Shown: piece by piece, positions 40,083 through 59,311 of the stretch | Numbering within the stretch: position 1 is the first letter of the stretch | Layout of the letters: each line of letters opens with the position of its first letter | Source of the DNA: the human T2T-CHM13v2.0 reference genome, Homo sapiens | DNA: 64,000 nucleotides | Reading direction: 5' to 3' (one strand) | Assembly (NCBI RefSeq): GCF_009914755.1 | Contig: NC_060947.1 | Program-made: the position numbers and the translations under genes | The notes under the pieces: model-generated | Told to the model about the DNA's origin: nothing | Database searches by the model: none | Seen by the model: the letters and a program-made list of their open reading frames with translations, nothing else

Positions 40083-42576
40083 GCACATTGTTCATTAAGA
40101 TGCAAAATTATGTGAATTTGTTTTCTACAAGATTATATATAATAATATACTGATAATGACACTGCTACTTCGATAACAGAGTTCAATTACAAATGGTCTT
40201 TGAAAGGTAATTCTGATCCCAAATGCCTGGTTACCTGACTAATACACTGTCATATACAGAAACAAATTGGATCAAAGCCATATTGAGTCATAAAATATGC
40301 AACCATTTTCTTACCTTTGAGTATAACAGTTAACAATTTTCAGATTCTTTTCTTATTTCTACTTTTAACAAACACAGAATGCATTTGTAATACCAGTTTG
40401 TGTGAAATATGCTGAGCCCTGAAGGAGATTGTAGTACTAGCTCTGCTATAATTTGTGAGATTCTGGATGAATCCCATAAATTATACACCTATCTTTGTGC
40501 TTTTTGAAAATAATGAATTCAAACCAGATGTTTTAAAATCAGTTTCGATACTGATTTCTGTATTCTCTGGTTCTTTTGGATAGAATACAAAGATATTCTG
40601 TTTTCCATGGTTGGTTTATCATAAAATATCAGCTTGAGTCAAGGTATACTATCTGAATTGAGATTTGATTGCTCCTAAGAAAATGAGTGTGCACTCTGCT
40701 TAATGTTTGTTTTTGTTTATGGAGACCTGAATGACTGTTCTTGGATCTTATCAACTTTTGAATTCTCTGGCTCTTAAAGAATAATTGCTCTTTAAGTTCT
40801 TCCCCCAGTGAAGCTTCAAATGACCAAATAATCAAATGGCAAGAGATAGTCTAGTTTCTAGTTTCTGTCACTGATGAGTTAGGGAGAGTGCATGGAGGTC
40901 AGTAAGGCCCAAGGTAGGTGTAAGATATCTGTACTAAGCACTCTCCCTACTCTACTCTCTGTCTTTATGAGCTACTATTTCTAATTAGACTATAGACGTG
41001 TATATGATATAATCACCTCTATATATCATATGTTACATATTACAAGTTTCTGCCTTGAGACATCCATTGATAGGATCTGAGATTCAAAGACCATAACATA
41101 GTAATTCACGAGTAGTCAACATAAGTATGTGTTGCATGTTTTCCAAATTGCTGACTGTTCATTACAGAAGATTCTGCATTTAAAGGAAGCATTTGATGTT
41201 TAGGGAAAAAATTACCTTGCATTAGTCTTCTAAATGTTTTTGCTCTACACTGCTGAACCATTCCATCAGATGACTTAAATTAAAAGATAGTTTTCAGACC
41301 ACTTCAAGCAGCCATCTGAATATGGCTAAAATGCACTCTTAGGAAGATCATAGCCTTTAAATGTGTATGTTATTAAAACAGATAAATTACATGAACATCC
41401 AATATAAAAATAATGATACAGTAGCAACAGAACAAACCTAAGGGGAAAGGAAAGAGGTACTTAATAAAAGACATGTATGAATTATTAGTAAAAAGAAAAG
41501 TAATCCAACTAGTAAATTTTAAAAAGATTACTCTTTTTAGAAATAGCTATGAGGTGGAGGCAAGATGGCCAAATAGGAACAGCTCCAGTCTAGAGCTCCC
41601 AGCGTGAGTGATGCAGAAGACAGGGATTTCTGCATTTCCAACTGAGGTACCGGGATCATCTCACTGGGGATTGTCAGACAGTGGGTGCAGGACAGCGGGT
41701 GCAGTGCACCCAGCTTGAGCCAAAGCAGGGTGAGGCATCGCCTCAACTGGGAAGCGCAAGGGGCCAGGGAATTCCCTTTCCTAGTCAAAGAAAGGGGTGA
41801 CAGACGGCACCTGGAAAATCGGGTCACTCCCACCCTAATACTGCGCTTTTCCAATGGTTGTAGCAAACGGCACACCAGGAGATTATATCCTGCACATGGC
41901 TCGGAGGGTCCTATGCCCACGGAGCCTCACTCATTGCCAGCACAGCAGTCTGAGATCAAACCACAAGGCAGCAGTGAGGCTGGGGGAGGGGCACCAACCA
42001 TTTCCGAAGCTTGAGTAGGTAAACAAAGCGGCCAGGAAGGTCAAACTGGGTGGAGCCCACCACAGCTCAAGGAGGCCTGCCTGCCTCTGTAGACTCCACC
42101 TCTGGGGGCAGGGCATAGCCAAACAAAAGGCAGCAGAATCCTCTGCAAACTTAAATGTCCCTATCTGACAGCTTTGAAGAGAGTAGTGGTTCTCCCAACA
42201 TGCACTAGGAGATCTGAGAACGGACAGACTGCCTCCTCAAGTGGATCCCTGACCCCCGAGTAGCCCTACTGGGAGGCACCCCCCAGTAGGGGCAGACTGA
42301 CACCTCACACGGCCGGGTACTCTTCTGAGACAAAGCTCCCACAGGAACAATCAGGCAGCTACATTTGCTGCTCACCGGTATTCACTGTTCTGCAGCCTCT
42401 GCTGCTGATACCCAGGCAAACGGGGCCTGGAGTGGACCTCCAGCAAACTCCAACAGACCTGCAGCTGAGGGTCCTGACTGTTAGAAGGAAAACTAACAAA
42501 CAGAAAGGACATCCACACCAAAACCCCATCTGTACGTCACCATCATCAAAGACCAAAGGTAGATAAAACCACAAAG

Positions 42577-43594
42577 ATGGCGAAAAAAACAGAGCAGAAA
42601 AACTGGAAACTCTAAAAATCTGAGTGCCTCTCCTCCTCCAAAGGAACGCAGCTCCTCACCAGCAACAGAACAAAGCTGGACGGAGAATGACTTTGATGAG
42701 TTGAGAGAAGAAGGCTTCAGATGATCAAACTACTCTGAGCTAAAGGAGGAAGTTCGAACCCATGGCAAAGAAGTTAAAAACCTTGAAAAAAAATTAGACG
42801 AATGGCTAACTAGAATAACCAATGCAGAGAAGTCCGTAAAGCAGCTGATGGAGCTGAAAACCAAGGCTCAAGAACTACGTGACGAATGCACAAACCTCAG
42901 TAGACGATTCGATCAACTGGAAGAAAGGGTATCAGTGATGGAAGATCAAATGAATGAAATGAAGCAAGAAGAGAAGTTTAGAGAAAAAAGAATAAAAAGA
43001 AACGACAAAGCCTCCAAGAAATATGGGACTATGTGAAAAGACCAAATCTATGTCTGATTGGTGTACCTGAAAGTGATGGGGAGAAAGGAACCAAGATGGA
43101 AAACACTCTGCAGGATATTATCCAGGAGAACTTCCGCAATCTAGCAAGGCAGGCCAACATTCAAATTCAGGAAATACAGAGAACGCCACAAAGATACTCC
43201 TTGAGAAGAGCAACTCCAAGACACATAATTGTCAGATTCACCAAAGTTGAAATGCAGGAAAAAAATGTTAAGGGCAGCCAGAGAGAAAGGTCGGGTTACA
43301 CACAAAGGGAAGCCCATCAGACTAACAGCTGCTCTCTCGGCAGAAACTCTACAAGCCAGAAGAGAGTGGGGGCCAATATACAACATTCTTAAAGAAAAGA
43401 ATTTTCAACCCAGAATTTCATATCCAGCCAAACTAAGCTTCATAAGTGAAGGAGAAATAAAATCCTTTACAGACAAGCGAATGCTGAGAGATTTTATCAC
43501 CACCAGGCCTGCCCTAAAAGAGCTCCTAAAGGAAGCATTAAACATGGAAAGGAACAACCAGTACCAGCCACTGCAAAAACATGCCAAATTATAA
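42577..43594 (+). pseudogene. L1 ORF1, frameshifted
   Basis: Fragments MELKTKAQELRDEC.., KRPNLCLIGVPE.., RAAREKGRVTHKGKPIRLT..YQPLQKHAKL in different frames. Confidence 0.92.
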
Positions 43595-43657
43595 AAACCA
43601 TCGAGGCTAGGAAGAAACTGCATCAACTAAAGAGCAAAATAACCAGCTAATATCATA

Positions 43658-47480
<3,823 letters not shown>

Positions 47481-48494
47481 ACAATTGGAACACATGGACC
47501 CAGGTAGGGGTCCATCACACACCAGGGCCTTTTGTGGGGTGGGGGCAGGGGGGAGGGATAGCATTAGGAGATATACCTAATGCTAAATGACGAGTTAATG
47601 GGTGCAGCACACTGACATGGCACATGTATACATATGTAACTAACCTGCACGTTGTGCACATGTACCCTAAAACTTAAAGTATAATAATAATAAAAAACAA
47701 ATAAATAGATAAATAAAAATAAAAAATAAAAGACCTATTACAATTTCTGGCAAAAAAAAATAGCTATGAGTAGAGTATTAAGTCATTTACATAATCTTGA
47801 AAAAAGTGGAAAAAACTCAACATGGAATATGAACAAGATGCTGACAGATATTGAATATATGGTATAATCCAAAGTGAATACATTCTTGAACTCTAATATT
47901 TTCAAAATATGGATGAAATGGTTGATATGCTAGGAAAGCATATAGTCTTTAACATATCCCAGTAATACCTGAATATCTAAGCATCACAAGTACCATGGAA
48001 GAACTTCTGAAATTTGTCAGTTGTTCTTCAAAAATACTGACTTTTAGAAACAAATACTTGGCTTTTGCAGGTATCGTACTCTCTCTATCCATTTCCCTCT
48101 CCCTCTCTCCATTCATTCATTCATTTAATTTGTTTATTTTTCTTTTTTTTTCTTTTTCTTTTCGTTTTTTTTTTGGCCGTACTGTGAGATATGGTATATA
48201 TCTCCACATTTTTTTTATGTTGAAAATGATGGTAGTAACCATATGATGTATTATATTAACTGGAATGCTTTCAAGTGTGAAAAGAAGCACTCCTCGTAAT
48301 TGCAACAGGACTATAGGTGAAAACTCGGGACAAATGGTTATCCTACTTTAACAACTCCAAAAGGGTTATACTAGCCCAGAGAAATATTTTTGCACTTCTG
48401 CAAAATAGAGAAAAGAAGAAATGCAGTGCTGACCTTTCTGTGTTTTTTCACTTATATAATTCCAAATGTAACATTAACCAGTTTTGGTTTTCTG

Positions 48495-49750
48495 TTCCAA
48501 AATGGCCAAATAGGAACAGCTCCAGTTTGCAGCTCCCAGCGAGATTGAACCAGAAGATGGGTGATTTCTGCATTTCCAACTGAGGTACCTGGTTCATCTC
48601 ATTGGGACTGGTTGAACAGTGGGTGCAGCTCATGGAGGGCCAGCTGAAGTAGGGCGGGGTGTCGCCTCACCCAGGAAACACAAGGGGTCGGGGGATTTCC
48701 CTTTCATAGCCAAGGAAAGCCATGACATACTGTACCTGGAAAAACGGGATACTCCTGCCCAGATACTGCACTTTTCCCATGGTCTTAGCAACCGGCAGAC
48801 CAGGAGATTCTCTCCTGTGCCTGGCTCAGTGAGTCCCACGCCCATGGAGCCTTGCTCACTGCTAGTGCAGCAGTCTGAGGTGAAACTGTGAGGCTGCAGC
48901 CTGGCTGGGGGAGGGACGTCTGCCATTGCTGAGGCTTGAGTAGGTAAACAAAGTGGCCAGGAAGCTCAAACTGGGCAGAGCCGACCGCAGCTCAGCAAGG
49001 CCTACTGCCTCTATAGACTCCACCTCTGTGGGCAGGGCATAGCTGAACAAAAGGCAGTAGAAACTTCTGCAGAGTTAAATGTCCCTGACAGCTCTGAAGA
49101 GAGCAGTGGTTCTCCCAGCATGGCATTTGAGCTCTGAGAACACACAGACTGCCTCCTCAAGTGGGCCCCTGACCTCTGTGTAGCCTAACTGGGAGACACC
49201 TCCCAGTAGGGACTGACAGACACCTCATGCAGTTGGGTGCCCCTCTGGGATGAAGCTTCCAGAGGAAGGATCAGGCAGCAATATTTGCTGTTCTTCAGCC
49301 TCTGCTGGTGATACCCAGACAAACAGCATCTGTAGCGGACCTCCAGCAAACTCCAACAGACCTGTAGCTGAGGGACCTGTCTGTTGGAAGGAAAACTAAC
49401 AAACAGAAAGGAATAGCATCAACATCAACAAAAAGGACATCTACACCAAAACCCCATCTGTAGGTCACCAACATCAAAGACCAAAGGTAGATAAAACCAC
49501 AAAGACGGGGAGAAACCAGAGCAGAAAAGCTGAATGTTCTAAAAACCAGAGTGCCTCTTCTCCTCCAAAGGATCGCAGCTCCTTGCTAGCAATGGAACAA
49601 AGCTGGACGGAGAATAACTTTGATGAGTTGACAGAAGTAGGCTTCAGAAGGTCGGTACTAACAAACTTCTCCGAGCTAAAGGAGCATGTTCTAACCCATT
49701 GCAAGGAAGCTAAAAACCTTGAAAAAAGGTTAGACGAATGGCTAGCTAGA
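48495..49750 (+). mobile_element. older L1PA (about L1PA6-7) 5' UTR plus start of ORF1, 3'-truncated
   Basis: ccaaaatggccaaataggaacagctcc..; ORF1 peptide MEQSWTENNFDELTEVGFRRSV..LEKRLDEWL; homology then ends abruptly. Confidence 0.88.
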
Positions 49751-50604
49751 CATCTTCTACTGTGCTACAGAAAAATATAACTAGAATACACTAAAGCCAT
49801 TTGGAACAGTTTGTGAGGACTCGGAAAAAACAACTGATATCAGAATCTTCACATGGAAAAATGACACATCTGCAAATATGTCTGACCTTTCTTTAAAAAT
49901 TATGAGGTGGAGAAGGAGAAGCACCAAACCTCTTTTTCCATCTACGTAATTCCATCAGCCTGAAAGTCACCACATCTCATTCAGAAGCTCCTGCAGCTGC
50001 CTGATTGCAGCCTGATATCCCTCTTACTAGAGATAATATATGAGTTACAACTCTGAGCTCTGTTCATATCATCACCCTCCAAAAGATAATTCTGCTGCAA
50101 AGGGCCCTACTCAGAATCTGCACTGCTTAGGGAGGGGAAGGGGATTATAATCAGCAATTATTTCTCCCTTTTACAGAAATTTTAAAATGTTTTCTGATCC
50201 AAAAGGACTGAAAAGCTAGGGTTCAAATAAAAAGTAAGACTAAATGTAGGGGATCCTATTTGCCACAAAATATGTGAGAAGTCCCTAGGCTATGGAGCTG
50301 GATGAAAGAATTAGGGCCTAGGTAGAAGAAAGGGGAAAGCAACCAGGGCAACTTGCTAAAGCGAAATGACTTGGGTCCTACCTACACTGTCTCCTTATAG
50401 GCTATGGCATGAAATACCCATGGGATTCCATCCTGCCTCTTACACACTGACCTTGAGATGGTGGGAAAGTTACACTCATTTGGTCTGTTTCCCTAATTTT
50501 AAAGTAGAAATTAGAATATTTACACTAAATGATTACTATGAAGAATAAATGAGATAACATTTGAAGTAGGAACTACTTTGCAGATGGATTTGGTTTATTC
50601 CATT

Positions 50605-51000
50605 TTTCTTTTTTTAAAAGTTTTAATTGACATATAATTGTACATATTTATGGGGTACACCAAGCTTGTTTAACTTGTGGCCTGAGGGCCACATGCACCC
50701 CAGGACAGCTCTGAATGCAGCCCAACACAAATTCGTAAACTTTCTTAAAACATTATGAGATTTTTTTTGTGATTTTTTTTTAGCTCATCAGCTATTGTTA
50801 GTGTTCATATATTTTATGTGTGGCCCAAGACAATTCTCCTTCCTCCTTCTAGCTATTTGAAACTATATGTTATTGTTAACTATAGTTATCCTACAGTGGT
50901 ATAGGACACTAGAACTTATTCCTCTTATCTAGCTGTTATTTTATATCCTTTAACAAATCTCTCCTATCTTTCCCTTCCCTCTACCCTTCACATCCTTTAG
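50605..51000 (-). mobile_element. L1MA 3' fragment carrying a MER30 insertion
   Basis: ttttaattgacatataattgtacatatttatggggtaca..ctagctatttgaaactatat..actagaacttattcctc. Confidence 0.7.
50661..50845 (-). mobile_element. MER30 (hAT-Charlie DNA transposon), one end missing
   Basis: caagcttgtttaac..gcagcccaacacaaattcgtaaactttcttaaaacattatgagattt..gctcatcagctatt..tggcccaagacaattct. Confidence 0.88.
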
Positions 51001-51563
51001 TTTTCTTTATTTTTTTCATTTAAATTTTCAGATGAGATCAGTAAGGTGGTAAGACCGTAGACTTCATTTACATTTTGAAAAATTTTTATGTCATTTACTT
51101 TCACAGTTAGATCTCTAATAGGTCATACTGCTTTTGAATTTTGAGTAGGAATATGAGGTTACCTTTTTTAAATGAATTTGAGTTCATAAACTTTAAATAA
51201 ATCATTTAATAGCAATGTAGCTGGTGTAGGACATGGCATCTATTCTAATAACCGAAGTCTGGCAAAGTCTGCCCTAAGTCATGATATGTGCTGAGAACTT
51301 CTTGTTCTGTGTGATGTCAAGGGAAATAAAATATTCTGGCTGCCAAGTGATCAGTCAGTTTCTAAGCAGCATTGCAGTGGCTAACAGGGCCACAAGGATC
51401 ACTACTGCAATTGTCAGGTTGGCTTGTCACACTTCCATAGATTCGGCCAGTAAGAAAATAATTGAGCCCAGATGGATCCAAACAGTATATTACAGACACA
51501 GCAAAAGCAAGATCAGCATTGTGTCAGCTCCCTGGTTCCCTGGTTCCACAGTTTGACACTGAA

Positions 51564-51657
51564 TCAAAGGTGCTCGGTGACAGCATAGATAGTAGGTTGC
51601 TCTTCCAGTGTCAAAGGTGCTCGGTGACAGCATAGATAGTAGGTTGCTCTTCCAGTG
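51564..51657. repeat. perfect 47-bp tandem duplication
   Basis: tcaaaggtgctcggtgacagcatagatagtaggttgctcttccagtg at 51564-51610 and 51611-51657. Confidence 0.95.
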
Positions 51658-53251
51658 AGGAGCCCACAGCTATACCGTAAGGTGGTAAGCAGTTTTATAT
51701 CTCACAGCTGTACCTTAAAATGGGGCAAGGAGGAATGTCCTGTGCTTATGATTAATGACTTTGTGTCAGCTTCTAGCAAAATAGGGAGGCAGGTGGAAAA
51801 GTTCCTTGTGGCAGCTCCTCACTAGGTTGCTTATTCCCCCTTGCCCCAAGAGGAACCACTGCATGTTTGACAAGATTCTAGTCAGAGTACAGTTAATCCT
51901 TGCTGATGTGGCCTGTGTGACATGCAAGGTCACCAGGGCACCAAGGCAAAGCCACTCTTCTACATCTGGCACAAAGTGAAAAGCTGTATGTATGGTACCT
52001 GCAAACATAATATCTACAATAATGACTCCTAAATGGAGGAGATGCTTTTACTGCCAAGATCATTACAACAGCATGTTCAGGAAATATCTGGGATACTAGA
52101 AATGAAAAGACCAAAGATGTACAGTGTTTGCCATGGGGGTCATATCACACTATGGTGGAGCAGACAGACATATAAACAGAAAAGGAATTTAAGTACAAAG
52201 TAGAAAAAAATGGATGAGACTCAGCAGGAAAATTAAAACTCCGTGAGCAGGGTATCCAAGAATCTGGATATAGAATAGTTATATAAGATATAGAATAGTT
52301 ATATCACTCCCCCAAATTTCCTCCTTCCTTTTTTATTCAACCACTCCACCAAGCTCCAGTCCCTGGAGACCACCAATCTGTTCTCTATCCCTTTAGCTTT
52401 GCCTTTTGCAGAATGTTATATAAATCAAGTTATAAAATGCATAACCTTTTGGGTCTTTTTTCTCTTTGCATAATACATTTCAGATTCACCTATGCTATTG
52501 CACATATCAGTATTTCATTCCTTTTATTGCTGAGTCGTATTTCCTTGTATGGATATAATACAGTATGTTTATCCATTCATCAGTTGAAATATTTGAAACT
52601 GTTTTCAGTTTTGGGCTACTATGAATAAGGCCATCATAAATGTCCATCTGCAGGTCCTGTGTGAACATAACTTTTCATTTGTCTTGCATGAATATCTAGG
52701 AGTGGAATTGCTGGTTCATATAGTAAGTATATGTTTAACTTCATAAGAAATTGCCAAACTGTTTTCCAAAGTGGGTGTATCATTTTGCATCCCTACCAGC
52801 AATGTGAGAGTTCCAGTTGCACTGTATCCTAACTAGCAATTAATATTGTCAGAGTTCTTTTTAAATTTTTCTTCTCATTTTAGCTTTTAGAATAGGTAAT
52901 TGTGATTTTGATTTGCATTTCCTTCATGATTTATGATATCAATATCTTTTCCTGTGCTTACTTGCCATCCATATATCTTCTTTGGTGAAGTGTTCAAATC
53001 TTTGGTTCATTTCAATTGGGTTGTTTATTATTATTGATATTTGAGTATTCTTTATATACTCTGAAAGCAAGTAGTTTATCAGATATGTGTTTTGCACATA
53101 TTTTCTTCTTCTATGTGGCTTGTCTTGTTTTTCTCTTAATTTTGTCTTTTTAATGTTGAACTCCAAAGATTTTAATGTTGAAGTTCAATGTATCAGTATT
53201 TTTCATATAGATGGTGTTTTTGGTGTCTTATGTAACAAATCTTTGCCTAAC

Positions 53252-53645
53252 TTTATTAATTTTCTAGGGTTGTCATAACAAATTACCATAAAATTGGTGG
53301 CTTAAAGCAACAGAAATGTATTCTCTATACTTCCAGACACCAAAGGTCCAAAATCAAGGTGTTAGCAAGGTTGGTTCCTTTTGGAGGCTCTGAGGGAGAA
53401 TATGTTCCATTTCTCTCTCCTAGCTTCTGGTGGAAATTCTTGCTCCAATTTCTGCCTCCATTTTCAGATAGTGTTTTGTGTTTCTCTGTGTTCTATTCTT
53501 TTATTATAAGAGCACCACTCATTGGATTTAGGGCCCATCTTAATCTAGCGTGACCTCATCTTAACATAACTAATTACTTCTACAAAGATCCTATTTCCAA
53601 ATAAGGTCACATTCTGAGGATTCAGGTGAACACGAATTTATACTA
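53252..53645 (-). mobile_element. MLT1B/C-type MaLR LTR
   Basis: ataacaaattaccataaaattggtggcttaaagcaacagaaatgtattctc..cctatttccaaataaggtcacattctgagg. Confidence 0.8.
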
Positions 53646-53885
53646 ACTAAAGGCCACAAGTATCTTATATATTTTGTTCTAGAAGTTTTGTTACTTTTGG
53701 TGACAACTTTCACTCCATGTTCCAAATTAGGTTCACTGTTGTATGTGGTATGGATTATAAGTAAAGGTTCATTTCTTGTTCTTGTGAAATCCAATACCCC
53801 AAAAGTATATGTTGAAAAGATTGTCTTTCCCCATTGCCTTTACACCTTTGTTGAAAATCATTTGATTAAATGAGTCTATTGCTAG

Positions 53886-54107
<222 letters not shown>

Positions 54108-54269
54108 TGATTACTGTAGGATTATAGTTGAGTCTTAAAATCAGGTAGAGTGAATTCTTCATCATTGGCCTTCTTCAGAATTGTTTTTGGTATTTTAGTT
54201 CCTTTGCCTTTCAATACAATTTTGAGAATCAGCTTTATTGAAGTAGGTTGAAGACAGAATGGTCTAAGC

Positions 54270-54700
54270 ACAGTGAAGCAGTTTTTGCTTTGAAGGGAAA
54301 CAAATAAATGTGTTAGTAGCTGCAGGAGGACATGTGAGAAGGGGATGAGGTTTTTCCTCCTTAGCTTGGGGAATGATCCAATATAGAGGGGGCCATTGAT
54401 GGTTCAGGAGCCGGAGTGATCACTGCAGGAGCAAAGCTCCTGTGAAGGTGGGAGGCATGGGATCCTGAGCTGAGGTGAGGGCACTGGCTTCAGTTAGGAG
54501 CATTGTATGCAGAAGGGCGGCAGAGAATGCCAGATCAGGCATGGGTAGACTAGGTTTGGGAAGCTCTGAGAATTCCCAGCAGATTTCTTCTGTCCTCTCA
54601 ATGAATTATTAGAGGAAGCCATTCAAATGGAGAAGAGATTCTAGCATTATCGGGGAGTATTGTAGTGGTGGAGGTAGGATGAGAGTGAAAGTGAAAAGCT
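54270..54700 (-). mobile_element. L2 remnant
   Basis: ttttgctttgaagggaaac..ggggaatgatccaatatagagggg..ggagcaaag..gtgggaggcatgggatcc resembles antisense L2. Confidence 0.5.
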
Positions 54701-54747
54701 ATGCTCTTATGGTCATGGATTTAAGGTAAAATAATTTAGAAGGTTTT

Positions 54748-55592
54748 CTATTTTATTATTATTATACTTTAAGTTTTAGGGTACATGTGCACAATGTGCA
54801 GGTTTGTTACATATGTATACGTGTGCCATGTTGGTGTGCTGCACCCATTAACTCGTCATTTAGCATTAGGTGTATCTCCTAATGCTATCCCTCCCCCCTC
54901 CCCCCACCCCACAACAGTCCCCGGAGTGTGATGTTCCCCTTCCTGTGTCCTTGTGTTCTCGTTGTTTAATTCCCACCTGTGAGTGAGAACATGCGGTGTT
55001 TGGTTTTTTGTCCTTGTGACAGTTTGCTGAGAATGATGGTTTCCAGCTTCATCCATGTCCCTACAAAGGACATGAACTCATCATTTTTTATGGCTGCATA
55101 GTATTCCATGGTGTATATATGCCACATTTTCTTAATCCAGTCTATCATTGTTGGACATTTGGGTTGGTTCCAAGTCTTTGCTATTGTGAATAGTGCCGCA
55201 ATAAACATGCGTGTGCATGTGTCTTTATAGCAGTATGATTTATAGTCCTTTGGGTGTATACCCAGTAATGGGATGGCTGGGTCAAATGGTATTTCTAGTT
55301 CTAGATCTTTGAGGAATTGCCACACTGACTTCCACAATGGTTGAGCTAGTTTCCAGTCCCATCAACAGTGTGAAAGTGTTCCTATTTCTCCACATCCTCT
55401 CCAGCACCTGTTGTTTCCTGACTTTTTAATGATTGCCATTCTAAATGGTGTGAGATGGTATCTCATTGTGGTTTTGATTTGCATTTCTCTGATGGCCAGT
55501 GATGAAGAGCATTTTTTCATGTGTGTTTTGGCTGCATAAATGTCTTCTTTTGAGAAGTGTCTGTTCATATCCTTCGCCCACTTTTTTATGGG
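54748..55592 (-). mobile_element. 5'-truncated L1PA
   Basis: ORF2 C-terminal peptides at 54966-55568. TSD aatttagaaggtttt at 54733-54747 and 55593-55607. Confidence 0.95.
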
Positions 55593-55740
55593 AATTTAGA
55601 AGGTTTTAAGGTTTTCTCATCACTGCTCAGTTGCTCAGATACAGGCATCATTATATGGTCATTATATTAGTAGGAGGAAGAGGAGTGCTAGCACACAAAA
55701 TAGATATGATAATACCTCCTGAAGACCACTAAAAGCATTT

Positions 55741-56111
55741 CTATTTGTTTGTTAAGGCTGCCATCAAAAACTACCACCGACTGGGTGGCTTAAACAACAG
55801 AAATGTATTTTCTCACAATTCTAGAGGCGAAAAGTCTGAGATCAAGGTGTTGACAGAGTTCGTTTCTTCTAAGGCCTCTCTCCTTGCCTTGTAGATGGCT
55901 GTCTTCTCCCTGTGTCTTAATCATAGTTTTCCCCACATACATGTCTGTGTCCCAATTTCTTCTTGTACGGACACCAGGCATATTGCATTATGACCCACTC
56001 TAATTACCCCATTTGACTTAATTACCTCTTCAAAGACAGTCACATTCTGAGGTACTAGGGGTTAAGACTTCAAATGTGAATTTTGAGCATACACAACTCA
56101 TCCAAACAACA
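55741..56111 (-). mobile_element. MLT1A-type MaLR LTR
   Basis: ggctgccatcaaaaactaccaccgactgggtggcttaaacaacagaaatgtatt..cacattctgaggtactaggggttaagacttcaa. Confidence 0.85.
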
Positions 56112-57861
56112 GTATTATTTTATTATTAGTTTTACTCCTATTGTTACTATAATTTATTTCATTTTTAAAATTACCCTGCAAGGTAGGAGGTAGTCACTAA
56201 AGCTCAGGAGCTATATCTCTTGCTGAACCTCACCAGGAATGAAAGTACTAGTCAAACAGACAAAACTCATGTGTTTTGTAGTATATGTAGCTGAGATAGA
56301 AAGTCAACCTAGTTGTTATCATGAATTCATTTGTTATCATTAAATTATAAATATTCAGCATCGGTAAAGAAAATAATGAAAAATAATCAGTCTCATCAAA
56401 TCTACAAGTATAATGGAAGTCATACTGAATTTAGAGTCCAATGAGATGCGCTTGGTCAGGCAACTGCAGGAAAATGCTGCCAAGTGTCCTCACCCCTGCA
56501 TCCTCGAGGCAGGTGATTAATAGGGGAATCCTGAGACCACTGCAAACATTCTCACATTCACACCTGTTCAAACCTACACATCTGTAACGATTTATGAAGG
56601 GAACAAAAAAATGGCTCTACTTCCCAAGTTTTAGGAGTGGGGATATCATTAGCAACACCTGAGAAATTGTGGCACACCACTGCTTGTACAGGGTCCTTGG
56701 ACATTTAGGTGTCAAGATTTGGTCACCAGAAACACTAGAGAATGTATCAGAATTTGATCTATGTCCTTTGTGACAGAAGCTTTCTAAATGATGAGGTTCA
56801 CGTGTATTTGCTGTTCTATGGATCCCCTTGAATAAGTATATTGCACTGGACATTTTTAAGAGGCACATATTATTTTCAAGTTTTTTGACTTGGGGAATAA
56901 ACCATCTGTAAAATTTACACAGAAATTCAATGGACTACAAACAGCCAAGCTGAAGAAGAACACAGGTGAAGAACTTACAGTACGAAAATCAACACTCATT
57001 ATAAAATACGAGTAATTAATACAGTGATGTATTGACACTAGGATAGTAAAAATAAACCAGTGGAACAGAATAGACTCAAGAAATAGTTCCAGTCATAGAA
57101 AATCACCTGACTTACTACAAAGGAGCCATTGCAACTAAGGGAAGAAAGAATGATTCTTGATCACTGGATACCACATGGAAATTAAATCTTGGGCCTTTGG
57201 TCATATCGGCCACAAAAATCAATTCCTGATGGATCTTTTGACCAAAATTGGTCAAAATATGAAAGTTAAAACAAGCTAGAAGTAGCATAGGAAAATATTC
57301 TTATGACTTCAGAATAGGCATAGTTTAAAAAAAAACAGGACATGATGAGCACTAAGAATAAAAGATCGACAATATATAATTGATTAAAATTAAGATCATC
57401 TGTTCATCTCCAAGGCACCACTGAGAAGATGAAAAAACTAGCCATTGAATGGGAATATGTTAGTTCTAATACATATATCCAAAAAAGGACTCATGGAGAA
57501 TATCTAAGGAACTTCCACAAATGACCAAGAAAAAGGCAGACAATCTAGTAAGAATAGGCAAAAGGCTTGGAAAGCCATTTCACAAAAAAACAATAACCAA
57601 GTAGAAAATAAATATGAATATGTGCTCAATAAGTGTTCAAAATCTTTAGTCATCAGGGAAATACAATTAAAACCACAATAAGATACTACTACATGCTCAC
57701 TATAAAGGTTAAATTGAGAGAGAGGGAGAGGGAGAAAAATCCACTGTTGACAGGGATCTGAAGCAACTGCAGCTGGAGGGCACTCCCACACTGCTTCTGG
57801 AACATAGTTTGTTTCAACCACTTTTGCCATCTGTTTTCTTGTAACACTTAAAGCTAAGCAT

Positions 57862-59254
<1,393 letters not shown>

Positions 59255-59311
59255 AAAGCTAAGCATTTAAAGCTGCATCCCCTATTACAGCAATGCCACT
59301 CCTTAGCTTAT

